DNA of 64,000 nt from Patescibacteria group bacterium (GTDB taxonomy: Bacteria; Patescibacteriota; Microgenomatia; Levybacterales; UBA12049). Location of the stretch: positions 391,343 through 455,342 of the forward strand of contig BPJB01000001.1 in NCBI GenBank assembly GCA_026004395.1, written 5' to 3'. Position numbers and translations under genes: made by a program. Under the pieces are notes generated by a model, which saw nothing but the letters and a program-made list of their open reading frames with translations, had not been told where the DNA came from and made no database searches. Of this stretch, positions 48,343 through 58,464 are shown piece by piece; the first letter of the stretch is position 1, and every line of letters starts with the position of its first letter.

Positions 48343-48954
48343 TTGAAACTAAATGTTTCAGCCTTTGCTATACTGATAGTTATGACTGGAAGGACTCATG
48401 ATCTTGCAGCCTTTACTGCACTAAGCTATGTTCTCGTGACAGTGCCACCGGAAAAAATTTCTCTTGCTACTGCTCTTGTTGCATTTGGTGCCAATATGAT
48501 AGGAGGACTTGCTCCTGATCTAGATCAGGAGCAAGCTAATTTGTGGCGCAGAATTCGAGCAGGGAGTATTCTTGGGAAAATCATCTCACCGCTTTTTGGA
48601 GGTCACAGATTCCTTTCGCATTCACTTCTTGGTATCGTCCTGGTTGGTATAGTTGTTGAGATCTTGTTAAATATTATTGGAACAGTTTTGTTAGTGGATA
48701 TGAATATTGTCTGGTGGTCATTTATGATTGGATTTCTATCACATATTGGGATGGATTTTTTCACTAAAGAAGGTATTCCTCTTTTTTTCCCGCTACCCTA
48801 TCGCTTTGGATTTCCTCCTTTAAGTTTTTTACGAATAAAAACAGGTGGACTTACTGAAAAATCTTTTGTTTTTCCTTTACTTATTCTAATAAATGGATAT
48901 ATTTATTATACGAATTATCAGACTGTTATTGAATTATTGCGAAGTTTTAACTAA
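48343..48954 (+). CDS. membrane-bound metal-dependent hydrolase (YdjM/DUF457-like)
   Basis: Multi-TM with GGHRFLSHSLLG and SHIGMDFFTKEGIPLFFP, matching the His/Asp motifs of the YdjM family. Confidence 0.5.
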   Translation: MKLNVSAFAILIVMTGRTHDLAAFTALSYVLVTVPPEKISLATALVAFGANMIGGLAPDLDQEQANLWRRIRAGSILGKIISPLFGGHRFLSHSLLGIVLVGIVVEILLNIIGTVLLVDMNIVWWSFMIGFLSHIGMDFFTKEGIPLFFPLPYRFGFPPLSFLRIKTGGLTEKSFVFPLLILINGYIYYTNYQTVIELLRSFN

Positions 48955-48974
48955 GAACATATAATTATTCATTC

Positions 48975-50159
48975 ATGTGGCAGAAAATTAAAAATATTGG
49001 TCATCTTATTAAGGCTATATTAGCTAACATTTGGTATCGCTTTCCCTCTAAACAAATGGTCGTTGTAGGAGTAACTGGAACAGATGGCAAAACTACAACA
49101 GCAAGTTTGATCTTCCATATTCTTAGAGAAGATAAAAAAAAGGCAGCATTAATCTCTACAGTGTCAGCTATTATAGGTGATAAAGAGTTTGACACTGGTT
49201 TTCATGTCTCAACTCCAGATGCTCTTGAATTACAGTCATATATCAAAAAAGCAAGAGATGCAGGTGTTACTCATCTGGTGTTAGAGGTAACATCTCATGC
49301 ACTAGATCAAAATAGAGTTTATGGTATTCCATTTGCAATAGGAGTTTTGACTAATATTTCACGAGAGCATTTAGATTATCATCAAACTATGGAAAATTAT
49401 ATGAAAACAAAGGCTAAATTGCTCTGTCAGTCGAAAATTGCGGTTTTAAATAAAGATGATCAATATTTTGATTTTTTTGCAAACTTATTGCAAGATCATT
49501 CTTTTAAAACATATGGATTAAATAAAGATGCTGATATTAATCCTGCAGTATATCCACTTCAAGTGAAGCTTTTGGGTAAGTTCAATAAATACAATGTGTT
49601 CGCCGCAGCAGCAGTTGCTGATTGTTTGGGTATTTCTCGATCAGTAGTACAAAAAGCTGTAAATAGTTTTTCTCTTCCTCAAGGTCGATGTGAGGTGGTT
49701 TATGCTAAAAATTTTAGCGTTATTATTGATTTTGCTCATACTCCAAATGGAATAAAAAATATTTTAGAGGCTATTTCACAAGAAAAACAAAAAGGTCGAA
49801 TTATACATGTATTTGGCAGCGCCGGTGAGAGGGATAAAGGAAAAAGAGAAGAAATGGGAAAGATTTCATCCGAGTACGCAGATATTATTATTTTAACAGC
49901 TGAGGACCCTCGGAAAGAAAGAGTGGAAGATATTATTAGTGATATTCAACAAGGGATAAAAGACGAGGAAAAACAAATTTATGTTATTCCTGATAGACAA
50001 AAAGCTATTACAAAGGCAATAAATATTGCTCAAAAGGGTGATTTTGTTGTTATTACAGGTAAAGGACATGAGAAATCAATGAATTTTGGAAAAGGAGAAC
50101 TTCCCTGGAGTGATCACGAAGCAGTAAACAATGCATTACAATCTCTTAACTTGCAATAG
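48975..50159 (+). CDS. murE: Mur ligase, MurE-like (UDP-MurNAc-tripeptide synthetase) lacking the usual N-terminal UDP-binding domain
   Basis: P-loop VVGVTGTDGKTTT. C-terminal FGSAGERDKGKREEMG...ILTAEDPRKE matches the MurE/MurF GxGGDRDxxKR and DNPR motifs. Only 394 aa. Confidence 0.6.
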   Translation: MWQKIKNIGHLIKAILANIWYRFPSKQMVVVGVTGTDGKTTTASLIFHILREDKKKAALISTVSAIIGDKEFDTGFHVSTPDALELQSYIKKARDAGVTHLVLEVTSHALDQNRVYGIPFAIGVLTNISREHLDYHQTMENYMKTKAKLLCQSKIAVLNKDDQYFDFFANLLQDHSFKTYGLNKDADINPAVYPLQVKLLGKFNKYNVFAAAAVADCLGISRSVVQKAVNSFSLPQGRCEVVYAKNFSVIIDFAHTPNGIKNILEAISQEKQKGRIIHVFGSAGERDKGKREEMGKISSEYADIIILTAEDPRKERVEDIISDIQQGIKDEEKQIYVIPDRQKAITKAINIAQKGDFVVITGKGHEKSMNFGKGELPWSDHEAVNNALQSLNLQ

Positions 50160-50164
50160 ATATA

Positions 50165-51634
50165 ATGATTAAAAAAATATCTGAAAGATTTTCATTATCA
50201 AAAAATACATTTATGAAAAGTAAGATACATCATATTCATTTTGTAGGTATCAAAGGAGTAGGGCTTACTCCATTGGCAATTATTGCCAAAGAGGCTGGAC
50301 TTAAAGTCAGCGGCAGCGATATTGAAGAGGAATTTATAACTGATTCGGCTTTGACAAAGGTAGGTATTATTCCTTTTACTAATTTTTCTGAGAATCATAT
50401 CACTGATGATATTGATCTTGTTATCACAACAGGTGCACATGGAGGATATGATAATATTGAAGTTCGAACAGCGCATAAAAAGTCAATACCAGTACTAACC
50501 AAAGGGGAAGCAGTAGGCGCATTTATGCAAGGTAATATTTTAGGAAGAAAATTTTCTGGTATTTCTGTTGCAGGATCGCATGGTAAGACCACAACTACTG
50601 GAATGATTGTCAGTATTCTCAAACATGCGGGTTATGATCCATCATACGTTGTTGGTACTGGAAGTATTAGCTCAATGGATCTTCCTGGTCATCTTGGAAG
50701 CGGTAAGTATTTTGTTGCTGAAGCTGATGAATATGCAACAGAACCCACGTATAATCACAAGCCTCAGTTTCTTTGGCAGTTTCCAGATATTGCACTTTTT
50801 ACCAATATCGAACATGATCATCCTGATATTTATCCTACGCATGCAGCGGTTGTAAATGCATTTGAGGCTTTTACTCATAATATTTCATCCAAGGGAGTGC
50901 TTATTGGGTGTGCAGACGATAAAAAAGTTTATTCACTTATAAAAAACTTTGATAAGAGGACTATTACTTATGGATTTTCTCCTCAAAATGAATATGTAAT
51001 TAGTAATGTACAGATCTTAGGATCCCAAACTTTCTTTAAAGTTAGAGCGTACGGTCGTGAAATTGGTGAATTTCGTCTTCAAGTAATAGGTGAGCATAAT
51101 GCATTAAATGCTTTGGGAGCTATGAGTGTGGGAGTTGAGCTAGGTATATCAATAGATCGTATACGAGAGGGGCTATATCTTTTTAATGGCGTTAAGCGAA
51201 GACTTGAGTTTAAAGGGCAGTTAAAATCTGGAGCATATATTTTTGATGATTATGCCCATCATCCAACGGAGATTGCTAAAACATTGCAAGCATTACGCAT
51301 GCGTTATCCAAAGGAAAAAATTATTGCTGTATTTCAGCCGCATACATATTCAAGGACGAAAGCATTATTTACGGAGTTTACTAAAGCGTTTCATGATGCA
51401 GATGAGGTAATATTAGTTGATATCTATGGGTCGCTCCGAGAGATTAAAGATCCATCTGTTTCTTCAAAATTACTTGCAGCTTCAATGTCAAAAAATAATA
51501 CCCACTATATACCCAAACTTGAGGAAGTAGCGTCCTATATAAAAAAAGAAAGTCCCAATGAAAATGTGGTAATTGTTTTTATGGGAGCAGGGGATGTCTA
51601 TAAGACAATTGATCTTATTGATCTAATAAAATGA
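50165..51634 (+). CDS. murC: UDP-N-acetylmuramate--L-alanine ligase
   Basis: IHFVGIKGVGLTPLAIIAKEAGLKVSGSD N-terminal MurC signature, P-loop GSHGKTTTT, and DDYAHHPTEI in the C-terminal domain. Confidence 0.8.
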   Translation: MIKKISERFSLSKNTFMKSKIHHIHFVGIKGVGLTPLAIIAKEAGLKVSGSDIEEEFITDSALTKVGIIPFTNFSENHITDDIDLVITTGAHGGYDNIEVRTAHKKSIPVLTKGEAVGAFMQGNILGRKFSGISVAGSHGKTTTTGMIVSILKHAGYDPSYVVGTGSISSMDLPGHLGSGKYFVAEADEYATEPTYNHKPQFLWQFPDIALFTNIEHDHPDIYPTHAAVVNAFEAFTHNISSKGVLIGCADDKKVYSLIKNFDKRTITYGFSPQNEYVISNVQILGSQTFFKVRAYGREIGEFRLQVIGEHNALNALGAMSVGVELGISIDRIREGLYLFNGVKRRLEFKGQLKSGAYIFDDYAHHPTEIAKTLQALRMRYPKEKIIAVFQPHTYSRTKALFTEFTKAFHDADEVILVDIYGSLREIKDPSVSSKLLAASMSKNNTHYIPKLEEVASYIKKESPNENVVIVFMGAGDVYKTIDLIDLIK

Positions 51635-52605
51635 GTGATATCTTAGGACAATTGGAACAACTTCTAGGTCAAAAAGTTAAAAAAAACGAACCTTTATCAC
51701 AACATAACTCTTTAAAGATAGGAGGATTAGCACATTTTTATATAGAGATTGATAATTTGGAAAAGTTGATCGAAGTTGTTCGTTTTTCTCAACAGAGAGA
51801 TCTACCCTATGTAGTAATAGGTGGAGGATCGCATGTTGTATTTCCGGATAATGGATTTGATGGCTTGGTCATCCAGAATAAATGTAGAAGGTTTGAGTTG
51901 GTAAGTGTTGTTGGTAAAATAAAATCTCAAAAGATGAATGTAGATAAAGCATTTTTATACGCTGAATCAGGAGCACTTACAAATCAAGTAGTTAGGTATT
52001 CTATTGAACAAGGATTTGCAGGATTAGAATATGCTCTTGGTCTTCCCGGAACAATTGGTGGTGCTATCGCAACGAATGCAGATTTTCCACCTCAAGAATT
52101 CACAATTTGTTCAAATATCCATCGTGTCAAAATTCTAACAAATAAATGTCAGATAAAAGAGGTTGGAGCAGATTATTTTCACTTTAAAACCAATACTAAA
52201 TTATTAAAAGAAAACAATGAGATTATCTTATCAGTTATCTTTTCACTCACTCCTGATTCTCAACAATCACTTTGGGAAAGAGGACAAGAGGCTGTTTTGT
52301 ACAGAAATATTAAAGATAACCAACAAATAAAAGGTATTACCTATAGAAAACTTTCTCTTTCAGAAATAGATGATCTTGTTTATAAAAATATTCTTCCTCC
52401 ATTAGAGACAATTCTTCAACACTCTCAAATTGGCAAGTATGTATATGGAGGAATTCGTCTTTTCTCCAATAATCCGCGTTTTATTCTTAATAGTGGATCA
52501 GGAAAAACGAATGATTTTTTGCAGATTTTATATGCTGTAAAAAAAAGGTTAAAAGAGCAATATAAAATTTTAATAGATATACAGATTGACCAAATCGGAG
52601 TATAA
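51631..52605 (+). CDS. murB: UDP-N-acetylenolpyruvoylglucosamine reductase
   Basis: LKIGGLAHFY...VVIGGGSHVVF FAD-binding motifs. 4-nt overlap with murC. Confidence 0.75.
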   Translation: MSDILGQLEQLLGQKVKKNEPLSQHNSLKIGGLAHFYIEIDNLEKLIEVVRFSQQRDLPYVVIGGGSHVVFPDNGFDGLVIQNKCRRFELVSVVGKIKSQKMNVDKAFLYAESGALTNQVVRYSIEQGFAGLEYALGLPGTIGGAIATNADFPPQEFTICSNIHRVKILTNKCQIKEVGADYFHFKTNTKLLKENNEIILSVIFSLTPDSQQSLWERGQEAVLYRNIKDNQQIKGITYRKLSLSEIDDLVYKNILPPLETILQHSQIGKYVYGGIRLFSNNPRFILNSGSGKTNDFLQILYAVKKRLKEQYKILIDIQIDQIGV

Positions 52606-52614
52606 TAAGCAGTT

Positions 52615-53952
52615 ATGGAACATCTCGAAAAGCTACTTGTTACAGGTGGAAATCGGTTGAATGGAAGTGTTAGTGTTTCTGGGGCTAAAAATGTTGCTCT
52701 CAAGGTTTTGGTGGCAGCCTGTTTAACAGATGAGGAAGTTATTATTCATAATATTCCCCTCATATCAGACGTTTTTGTCATGATTAAAATTATTGAAGAT
52801 CTAGGTGGTAAAGTAACAATTCACGATCATACTGCCCGAGTTCGTGTTACTAATTTTAGAAAAAACAAAATTTCCTTAGATCAAGCTTCTCATATCCGTA
52901 CCTCATCAATGTTCTTAGCGCCTCTTTTATTGAGAAATAAACAAGCGGTTATTCCTAATCCAGGTGGGTGTCGTCTTGGCGCTCGTCCAATAGATAGAAC
53001 GGTGGATGGGCTAGCGCAGATGGGTGCAGATATTAGTTATAATCGAGATGATGGTTTTTTTTATGCTAGTGCAGATTTATTAAAAGGCATTCATTATAAA
53101 TTTGAAAAAAATACCCACACAGGTACAGAGACTCTGATCATATCAGCAGTTCTTGCAAAAGGTAAAACAATACTTGAGAATGCTGCTGCTGAGCCTGAAG
53201 TAGATGAGCTTATAGCGATGCTTAATTCGATGGGTGCGAAGATCAAACGAGTAGAGGAAAGAAAAATAGAGATAGAAGGTGTGGATAAATTACATGGTGC
53301 TGAGATTACAATTAAACCTGATAGGAATGAAATTGTTACATTCGCAATCGCAGGAATCATTACCAAAGGAGACATTCATATACAAGGTGCAAGAAGAAAT
53401 GGACTAAGAGAATTTTTAGAAAAGTTAGATGAGGCTGGAGGAGGATATGAAGAAAAAGAAGATGGTATTAGGTTCTATTATAAGGGTCCTTTGAAGGCTA
53501 CATCTGTAACAACAGCACCATATCCAGGTTTTATGACAGATTGGCAGGCTCCATGGGCAGTACTAATGACACAAGCTGAAGGAGATTCAATAATACATGA
53601 GACCATTTTCTCGAATCGCTTTGGTTATGTAAACGAGCTGCGAAAGATGGGCGCAAAGATTGATTTTTTAAATCCCCGTGTTGATAACCCAGCAAGTTTT
53701 TATAATTTTAATCTGTCAGACGATCAGCCTGGATTTTTTCACGCTATTAAAATTCATGGACCGACTTCTCTTCATGATGCTGTTGTTTCTATCTCTGATC
53801 TTAGAGCCGGAGCCTCACTCGTCATCGCAGCTTTAGCAGCGAGAGGAGAAACAGTTATTCATGGGGTGCATTTAATAGATAGAGGATATGAGCAATTTGA
53901 AGAACGTCTTCAACAACTTGGAGCAAACATCAAAAGAACATATGAAGAATAA
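52615..53952 (+). CDS. murA: UDP-N-acetylglucosamine 1-carboxyvinyltransferase
   Basis: LLVTGGNRLNGSVSVSGAKNVALKVL N-terminus and a catalytic Cys-containing loop (PGGCRLGARPID). Confidence 0.85.
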   Translation: MEHLEKLLVTGGNRLNGSVSVSGAKNVALKVLVAACLTDEEVIIHNIPLISDVFVMIKIIEDLGGKVTIHDHTARVRVTNFRKNKISLDQASHIRTSSMFLAPLLLRNKQAVIPNPGGCRLGARPIDRTVDGLAQMGADISYNRDDGFFYASADLLKGIHYKFEKNTHTGTETLIISAVLAKGKTILENAAAEPEVDELIAMLNSMGAKIKRVEERKIEIEGVDKLHGAEITIKPDRNEIVTFAIAGIITKGDIHIQGARRNGLREFLEKLDEAGGGYEEKEDGIRFYYKGPLKATSVTTAPYPGFMTDWQAPWAVLMTQAEGDSIIHETIFSNRFGYVNELRKMGAKIDFLNPRVDNPASFYNFNLSDDQPGFFHAIKIHGPTSLHDAVVSISDLRAGASLVIAALAARGETVIHGVHLIDRGYEQFEERLQQLGANIKRTYEE

Positions 53953-54715
53953 TATCTTCAATAATCGTCATATTGCAGGAGTGATACTTGCAGCAGGAAA
54001 AGGAACCCGCATGAATCTTGAAGAGAGGAATAAAGTTACTCTTCATTTAGCGGAAAAACCTATTGTTTTGCACATCGTAGAGTTTATGAAAACTCTTCCT
54101 ATAGATGATATTGTTGTAGTTGTAGGTCATGCAAAAGAAACGGTAATGCATGTCCTTGAAAAAGAACAGGTGATATTTGCCGAACAGCAGCAGCAATTAG
54201 GAACAGGAGATGCTCTAGCAGTAGCAGTTAATTCACTACCGCAGAATATAACAGATACTTTTGTCGTTTATGGAGATGATGCTGTTTTTTATAATCCAAA
54301 ACACAAGCCAATTATTGAGCAGTTATTCATAAAGCATGTAACATCAAATGCTGCGATTACTTTTTTGACAATTGAGAAAGATAACCCAACGGGTCTGGGA
54401 AGAATTATTCGTGATGCAGACGGACATGTGCAGGCAATTGTTGAGGAAAAAGATGCAACAGCAGCACAAAAAACAATTACCGAGATAAATCCTGGATCAT
54501 TTATTTTTAAAGTCTCATTTCTTAAAAAGTATCTGCCTTTGATTAAAAAAAGCCCGGTAACAGGAGAATACTATCTTACGAGCCTAATTGATATAGCTGT
54601 TGCTCATAATGAACTTGTTGAAACTGTAAAAGGTGGTAAACTTCTCTGGAGAGGTGTAAATACTCCAGCGGAGTTAGAGGAGGCAAAAATTCTTTATCAA
54701 CAGATAGAGAGGTAA
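53942..54715 (+). CDS. sugar-1-phosphate nucleotidyltransferase (GlmU N-terminal-domain-like, no acetyltransferase domain)
   Basis: IAGVILAAGKGTRMN signature. About 258 aa from the internal ATG; the ORF-track start at 53888 overlaps murA. Confidence 0.6.
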   Translation: MKNNIFNNRHIAGVILAAGKGTRMNLEERNKVTLHLAEKPIVLHIVEFMKTLPIDDIVVVVGHAKETVMHVLEKEQVIFAEQQQQLGTGDALAVAVNSLPQNITDTFVVYGDDAVFYNPKHKPIIEQLFIKHVTSNAAITFLTIEKDNPTGLGRIIRDADGHVQAIVEEKDATAAQKTITEINPGSFIFKVSFLKKYLPLIKKSPVTGEYYLTSLIDIAVAHNELVETVKGGKLLWRGVNTPAELEEAKILYQQIER

Positions 54716-54718
54716 CTC

Positions 54719-55975
54719 ATGCAGGCAGTTTTACTTGCAGCAGGACAGTCCAGTCGTTTTTATCCATTTAAATCGTTAGGTCATAAATCATATTTTCTGC
54801 TTCTTGATAAACCAATTATCTTTCATACTTTAAGAAGTATTCAGCAGACAGATATAAAAGAAGTACTAATTGTAGTGCAGAAAAAAGATGAATTTTGCGA
54901 TTATCTGAGCTCTTTATTTCCTTCACTATCAATACAATTTATTGAACAACCTACTGCAGAGGGAATGGGAGATGCTCTTCTTCGTGTTTCTGAGTATATC
55001 AAAAATGATTTTTTTCTACTGCATGCTCATCACGTAGATTTTGATCAATTTTATTCTGAGATGATATTAGCTAAGAATTCTGCAGATGGTGTTTTTTTGG
55101 CAAAAAGAACACAAAATATATCCCGATATGGTGTATTAAAGCTTGAAGGAGAGAGGGTAGTGGAAATTATTGAAAAACCAGCAAAAGGATCAGAACCATC
55201 AAATCTTAGATTAATTGGAATCTACCTTCTTCCATTGTCATTTTTACACATCTTGAAGAACACACCTCTTGAGCATTATAACTTTGAGTCAGCGTTGTCA
55301 AATTTTGTTAAGAAGAATATTTTTCATGTGACAATTACCAATAAAGAGGTTGTAACACTGAAATACCCTTGGGATATCTTTTCTGTATCACATTTTTTAT
55401 TAGATAGGATAAATCCTTATGTGTCACATACTGCCAATGTGGCTCAGACAGCAATAATTAAAGGGAATGTCATTGTGGAAGATGGAGCCACGATAAGCGA
55501 GGGAGCAAAAATCAAAGGACCATGTTTTATTGGTAAAAATGTATTCATTGGAGATAACTCTCTTATTAGAAATTACACTGTTATAAATGAGAATTGTGTA
55601 ATAGGAGCTAATACTGAGATTCGCAATAGTATCTTTCAGTCGGGGACGAAAATACATTCCGGATTCGTAGGAGATTCTGTAATAGGGAAGAATGTCAGTT
55701 TGGCAGCGGGATTTTATACTGCCAACAAAAAACTTAATAGAGGTGAGATTACTGTAAAAACAGCCAAAGGTGAGGAAAGAACAGGTCTTAGATCATTAGG
55801 TGTTTGTATAGGGGATAATGTTCGAGTGGGAATACGCGTTACCACCATGCCCGGCACTATAATTGGAGAAGATGCGATTATTGGTCCTTCGACAACAGTT
55901 ATGAAAAATGTTCCTGAATCTACTAGATACTATACTGTATTTCAAGAAATTATAGAAAAAAATGTCACCAAATAG
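54719..55975 (+). CDS. bifunctional nucleotidyltransferase / hexapeptide-repeat acyltransferase, GlmU-like
   Basis: N-terminal MQAVLLAAGQSSRF NTase motif. C-terminal LbH repeats (IKGNVIVEDGATISEGAKIKGPCFIGKNVFIGDNSLI). Confidence 0.6.
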   Translation: MQAVLLAAGQSSRFYPFKSLGHKSYFLLLDKPIIFHTLRSIQQTDIKEVLIVVQKKDEFCDYLSSLFPSLSIQFIEQPTAEGMGDALLRVSEYIKNDFFLLHAHHVDFDQFYSEMILAKNSADGVFLAKRTQNISRYGVLKLEGERVVEIIEKPAKGSEPSNLRLIGIYLLPLSFLHILKNTPLEHYNFESALSNFVKKNIFHVTITNKEVVTLKYPWDIFSVSHFLLDRINPYVSHTANVAQTAIIKGNVIVEDGATISEGAKIKGPCFIGKNVFIGDNSLIRNYTVINENCVIGANTEIRNSIFQSGTKIHSGFVGDSVIGKNVSLAAGFYTANKKLNRGEITVKTAKGEERTGLRSLGVCIGDNVRVGIRVTTMPGTIIGEDAIIGPSTTVMKNVPESTRYYTVFQEIIEKNVTK

Positions 55976-56630
55976 CACAAAAATTGTACTCTTTGATATT
56001 GATCATACATTATTTAATACGCGAGTATACTTACTTCAATGTTTTGCAGAGCTGGAGAGGCTTCTTGCCTCAGAGAATAAATTAAATATAAAAATTTTAG
56101 CCCAAGAAATTTATGCTTCACAAAGAAAACGTGCATATTTTTCTCCAAAAGCATTTTCTGAAGAGTTGAAGCTTAAAGTAAAAACGAATCAATCATTACA
56201 AAATATTGAAAATGTTTTTTATAATGAGCATCATCTTGAAGAATCACTTTATAAAGATACACTTCCTACACTGAAAAAACTTTCTGAACAAAATATAGCA
56301 TTAGGCATATTTTCCGGTGGGGATAAGATACTACAGAAGAAAAAATTGCAGACACTTTATCATTTGTTGCATCAGAGGCTCATTTATATTTTTGACAGAG
56401 ATAAGCATGAAGCGATTAGGGAAGTTGCCGCCTTATATAAAACACAAAAATTATATGTAGTTGACGACTTACTCTCAGTTCTGGCACAATTTAAGTCTGC
56501 AAATCAAGATATTTGTACTATATGGATTGTGAGATCGGAAGAAACTAGATTAAAACAAAATAAGATTGCGTTTAAGGCTGATTTTGTAGTTAATTCTTTA
56601 TCAGATTTACTGCCAATTGTTGCAAAATAA
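55962..56630 (+). CDS. HAD-superfamily hydrolase/phosphatase
   Basis: DxDxT motif (LFDIDHTLF) at the N-terminus. About 220 aa. Confidence 0.55.
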   Translation: MSPNSTKIVLFDIDHTLFNTRVYLLQCFAELERLLASENKLNIKILAQEIYASQRKRAYFSPKAFSEELKLKVKTNQSLQNIENVFYNEHHLEESLYKDTLPTLKKLSEQNIALGIFSGGDKILQKKKLQTLYHLLHQRLIYIFDRDKHEAIREVAALYKTQKLYVVDDLLSVLAQFKSANQDICTIWIVRSEETRLKQNKIAFKADFVVNSLSDLLPIVAK

Positions 56631-56635
56631 TATTT

Positions 56636-58399
56636 ATGTGTGGAATCTTCGGATACATCGGAACTAAAAATAATGCTGCGGCTCTTGTTTTGGAAGGTTT
56701 GAAAACTCTTGAATATCGTGGTTACGACTCATGGGGAATAGCTGAAGTTGATGGAGAAAAAATCCTTACAGAGAAACATGTAGGAAAGATTGGACAAGCC
56801 ACTACTATTCTTCCTGAAAGTACACTGGCAATTGGACATACTAGATGGGCTACACATGGAGGAGTAAATATTACTAACGCTCATCCCCATCTGGATTGCA
56901 CAAAAAAGATTGCACTAATTCACAATGGTATCGTAGAAAACTATGTTGAATTAAAGGATGAACTGATTAAGAGAAAACACTCTTTTAATTCAGAGACAGA
57001 TACAGAGGTCATCGTCCATCTAATAGAGGAGTATGCAAAGAAATATGAATTCGCAACAGCTGTGCGGCTAGCTTTTAATAGATTAAAAGGTCTCAACGCA
57101 ATTGTTGCACTTAGTGTAGATCAGTGTGAAATTGTGGCTTGCAAAAATGGTTCGCCTCTTGTTGTGGGTATTGGTGATAAAGAGTTATTTATTGCATCAG
57201 ATGCGGTAGGAATAATTCCTCATACAAAAAAAATTATTTTTCTTAAAGATAATGAGATGGTAGTTCTTAATGATTCGGTTTCTGTCAATTTGCTTACGAC
57301 AGGAGATAGAATCACTCCTGAGATTGAGATTATTGATTGGGAAAGAAGAGAAGAAGGAAGTATGGGTAATTTTCCGCATTTTATGATCAAAGAGATACAT
57401 GATCAAGATCATATTATTCGTCATATCAGTAAAAACTTACTCTCTGAAATAGAACAAATCTCGACTATTATTAAAAAGGCAAGGGGTACTTTTTTTATTG
57501 GCGCAGGTACTGCTTATCATGCATGTCTTGCAGGAACATATCTCTTTGCAAAGATTGCTAAAATGCATGTCAATACTGCAGTTGCTTCAGAGTTTAATTA
57601 TCTTGAAGATTTCTTAACTTCAGAAAGTCTGATTATTGCTCTTTCACAATCTGGGGAAACCATAGATGTGATAGAGCCTCTTCAGCGAGCCAAGGAGAAA
57701 GGGACGAAAATTGTGGCAATGGTAAATAATTTGGGTTCAACTATTTATCGTATGTCAGACCATAAAATACTACTTAATGCAGGACCTGAGCTTGCAGTTG
57801 CTTCAACCAAAGCATATATAGCGAAATTAGCATTACTTTTACTTCTTGTAGGTACTCTAAGTGGTCAGCAAAAGCGAATACAAAATCTTCTTCTTAAGTC
57901 TGCAGAGGAAATAAAGAGGTTGCTTAGTAACAACTCAAAAAAAGAGATTAAAAAAATTGCTCAGTTTCTCGCCAATAAAGAGCATATCTATACAATAGGA
58001 AGAGGTGTATCATACCCTACGGCTCTTGAAGCCGCTCTGAAGATAAAAGAAGTAAGCTATATTCATACAGAAGGTTTAGCAGGTGGAGAATTAAAACATG
58101 GGACGATAGCATTAATCTCTGATGGTACGCCTTGTATTGTTTTTGCTCCTTTAGACGAAACACATGGGGCTATTATTTCCAATGCAACTGAAATAAAAGC
58201 AAGAGGTGGGGTTATTATTGGTATTAGTCCAAAAAAAAGCACGGTTTTTGACTATTGGATTAAAGTGCGAGATCTACAAGAAGCTACAATTCTTGCACAA
58301 ATTGTACCTGCACAACTACTTGCGTACTTTCTCGCTTTAGAAAAGAATGTGGATCCTGATAAGCCAAGAAATCTTGCAAAAAGTGTGACAGTTAAGTAA
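56636..58399 (+). CDS. glmS: glutamine--fructose-6-phosphate aminotransferase (isomerizing)
   Basis: MCGIFGYIG N-terminal nucleophile Cys2 and two SIS domains. 587 aa. Confidence 0.9.
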   Translation: MCGIFGYIGTKNNAAALVLEGLKTLEYRGYDSWGIAEVDGEKILTEKHVGKIGQATTILPESTLAIGHTRWATHGGVNITNAHPHLDCTKKIALIHNGIVENYVELKDELIKRKHSFNSETDTEVIVHLIEEYAKKYEFATAVRLAFNRLKGLNAIVALSVDQCEIVACKNGSPLVVGIGDKELFIASDAVGIIPHTKKIIFLKDNEMVVLNDSVSVNLLTTGDRITPEIEIIDWERREEGSMGNFPHFMIKEIHDQDHIIRHISKNLLSEIEQISTIIKKARGTFFIGAGTAYHACLAGTYLFAKIAKMHVNTAVASEFNYLEDFLTSESLIIALSQSGETIDVIEPLQRAKEKGTKIVAMVNNLGSTIYRMSDHKILLNAGPELAVASTKAYIAKLALLLLLVGTLSGQQKRIQNLLLKSAEEIKRLLSNNSKKEIKKIAQFLANKEHIYTIGRGVSYPTALEAALKIKEVSYIHTEGLAGGELKHGTIALISDGTPCIVFAPLDETHGAIISNATEIKARGGVIIGISPKKSTVFDYWIKVRDLQEATILAQIVPAQLLAYFLALEKNVDPDKPRNLAKSVTVK

Positions 58400-58464
58400 A
58401 TAAAATATTTTTAACTGAACACTATTGTTAATTATCTAATCTGTCCTTTTAAAAATTAAACTTT

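Noticed and set aside
48975-50159. Reading the short Mur ligase as MurT (lipid II isoglutaminyl synthase subunit)
   Set aside because: The N-terminus superficially resembles MurT, but the C-terminal domain carries MurE/MurF-type GERDKGKR and DPRKE motifs rather than a DUF1727 domain, and no GatD-like partner is adjacent.
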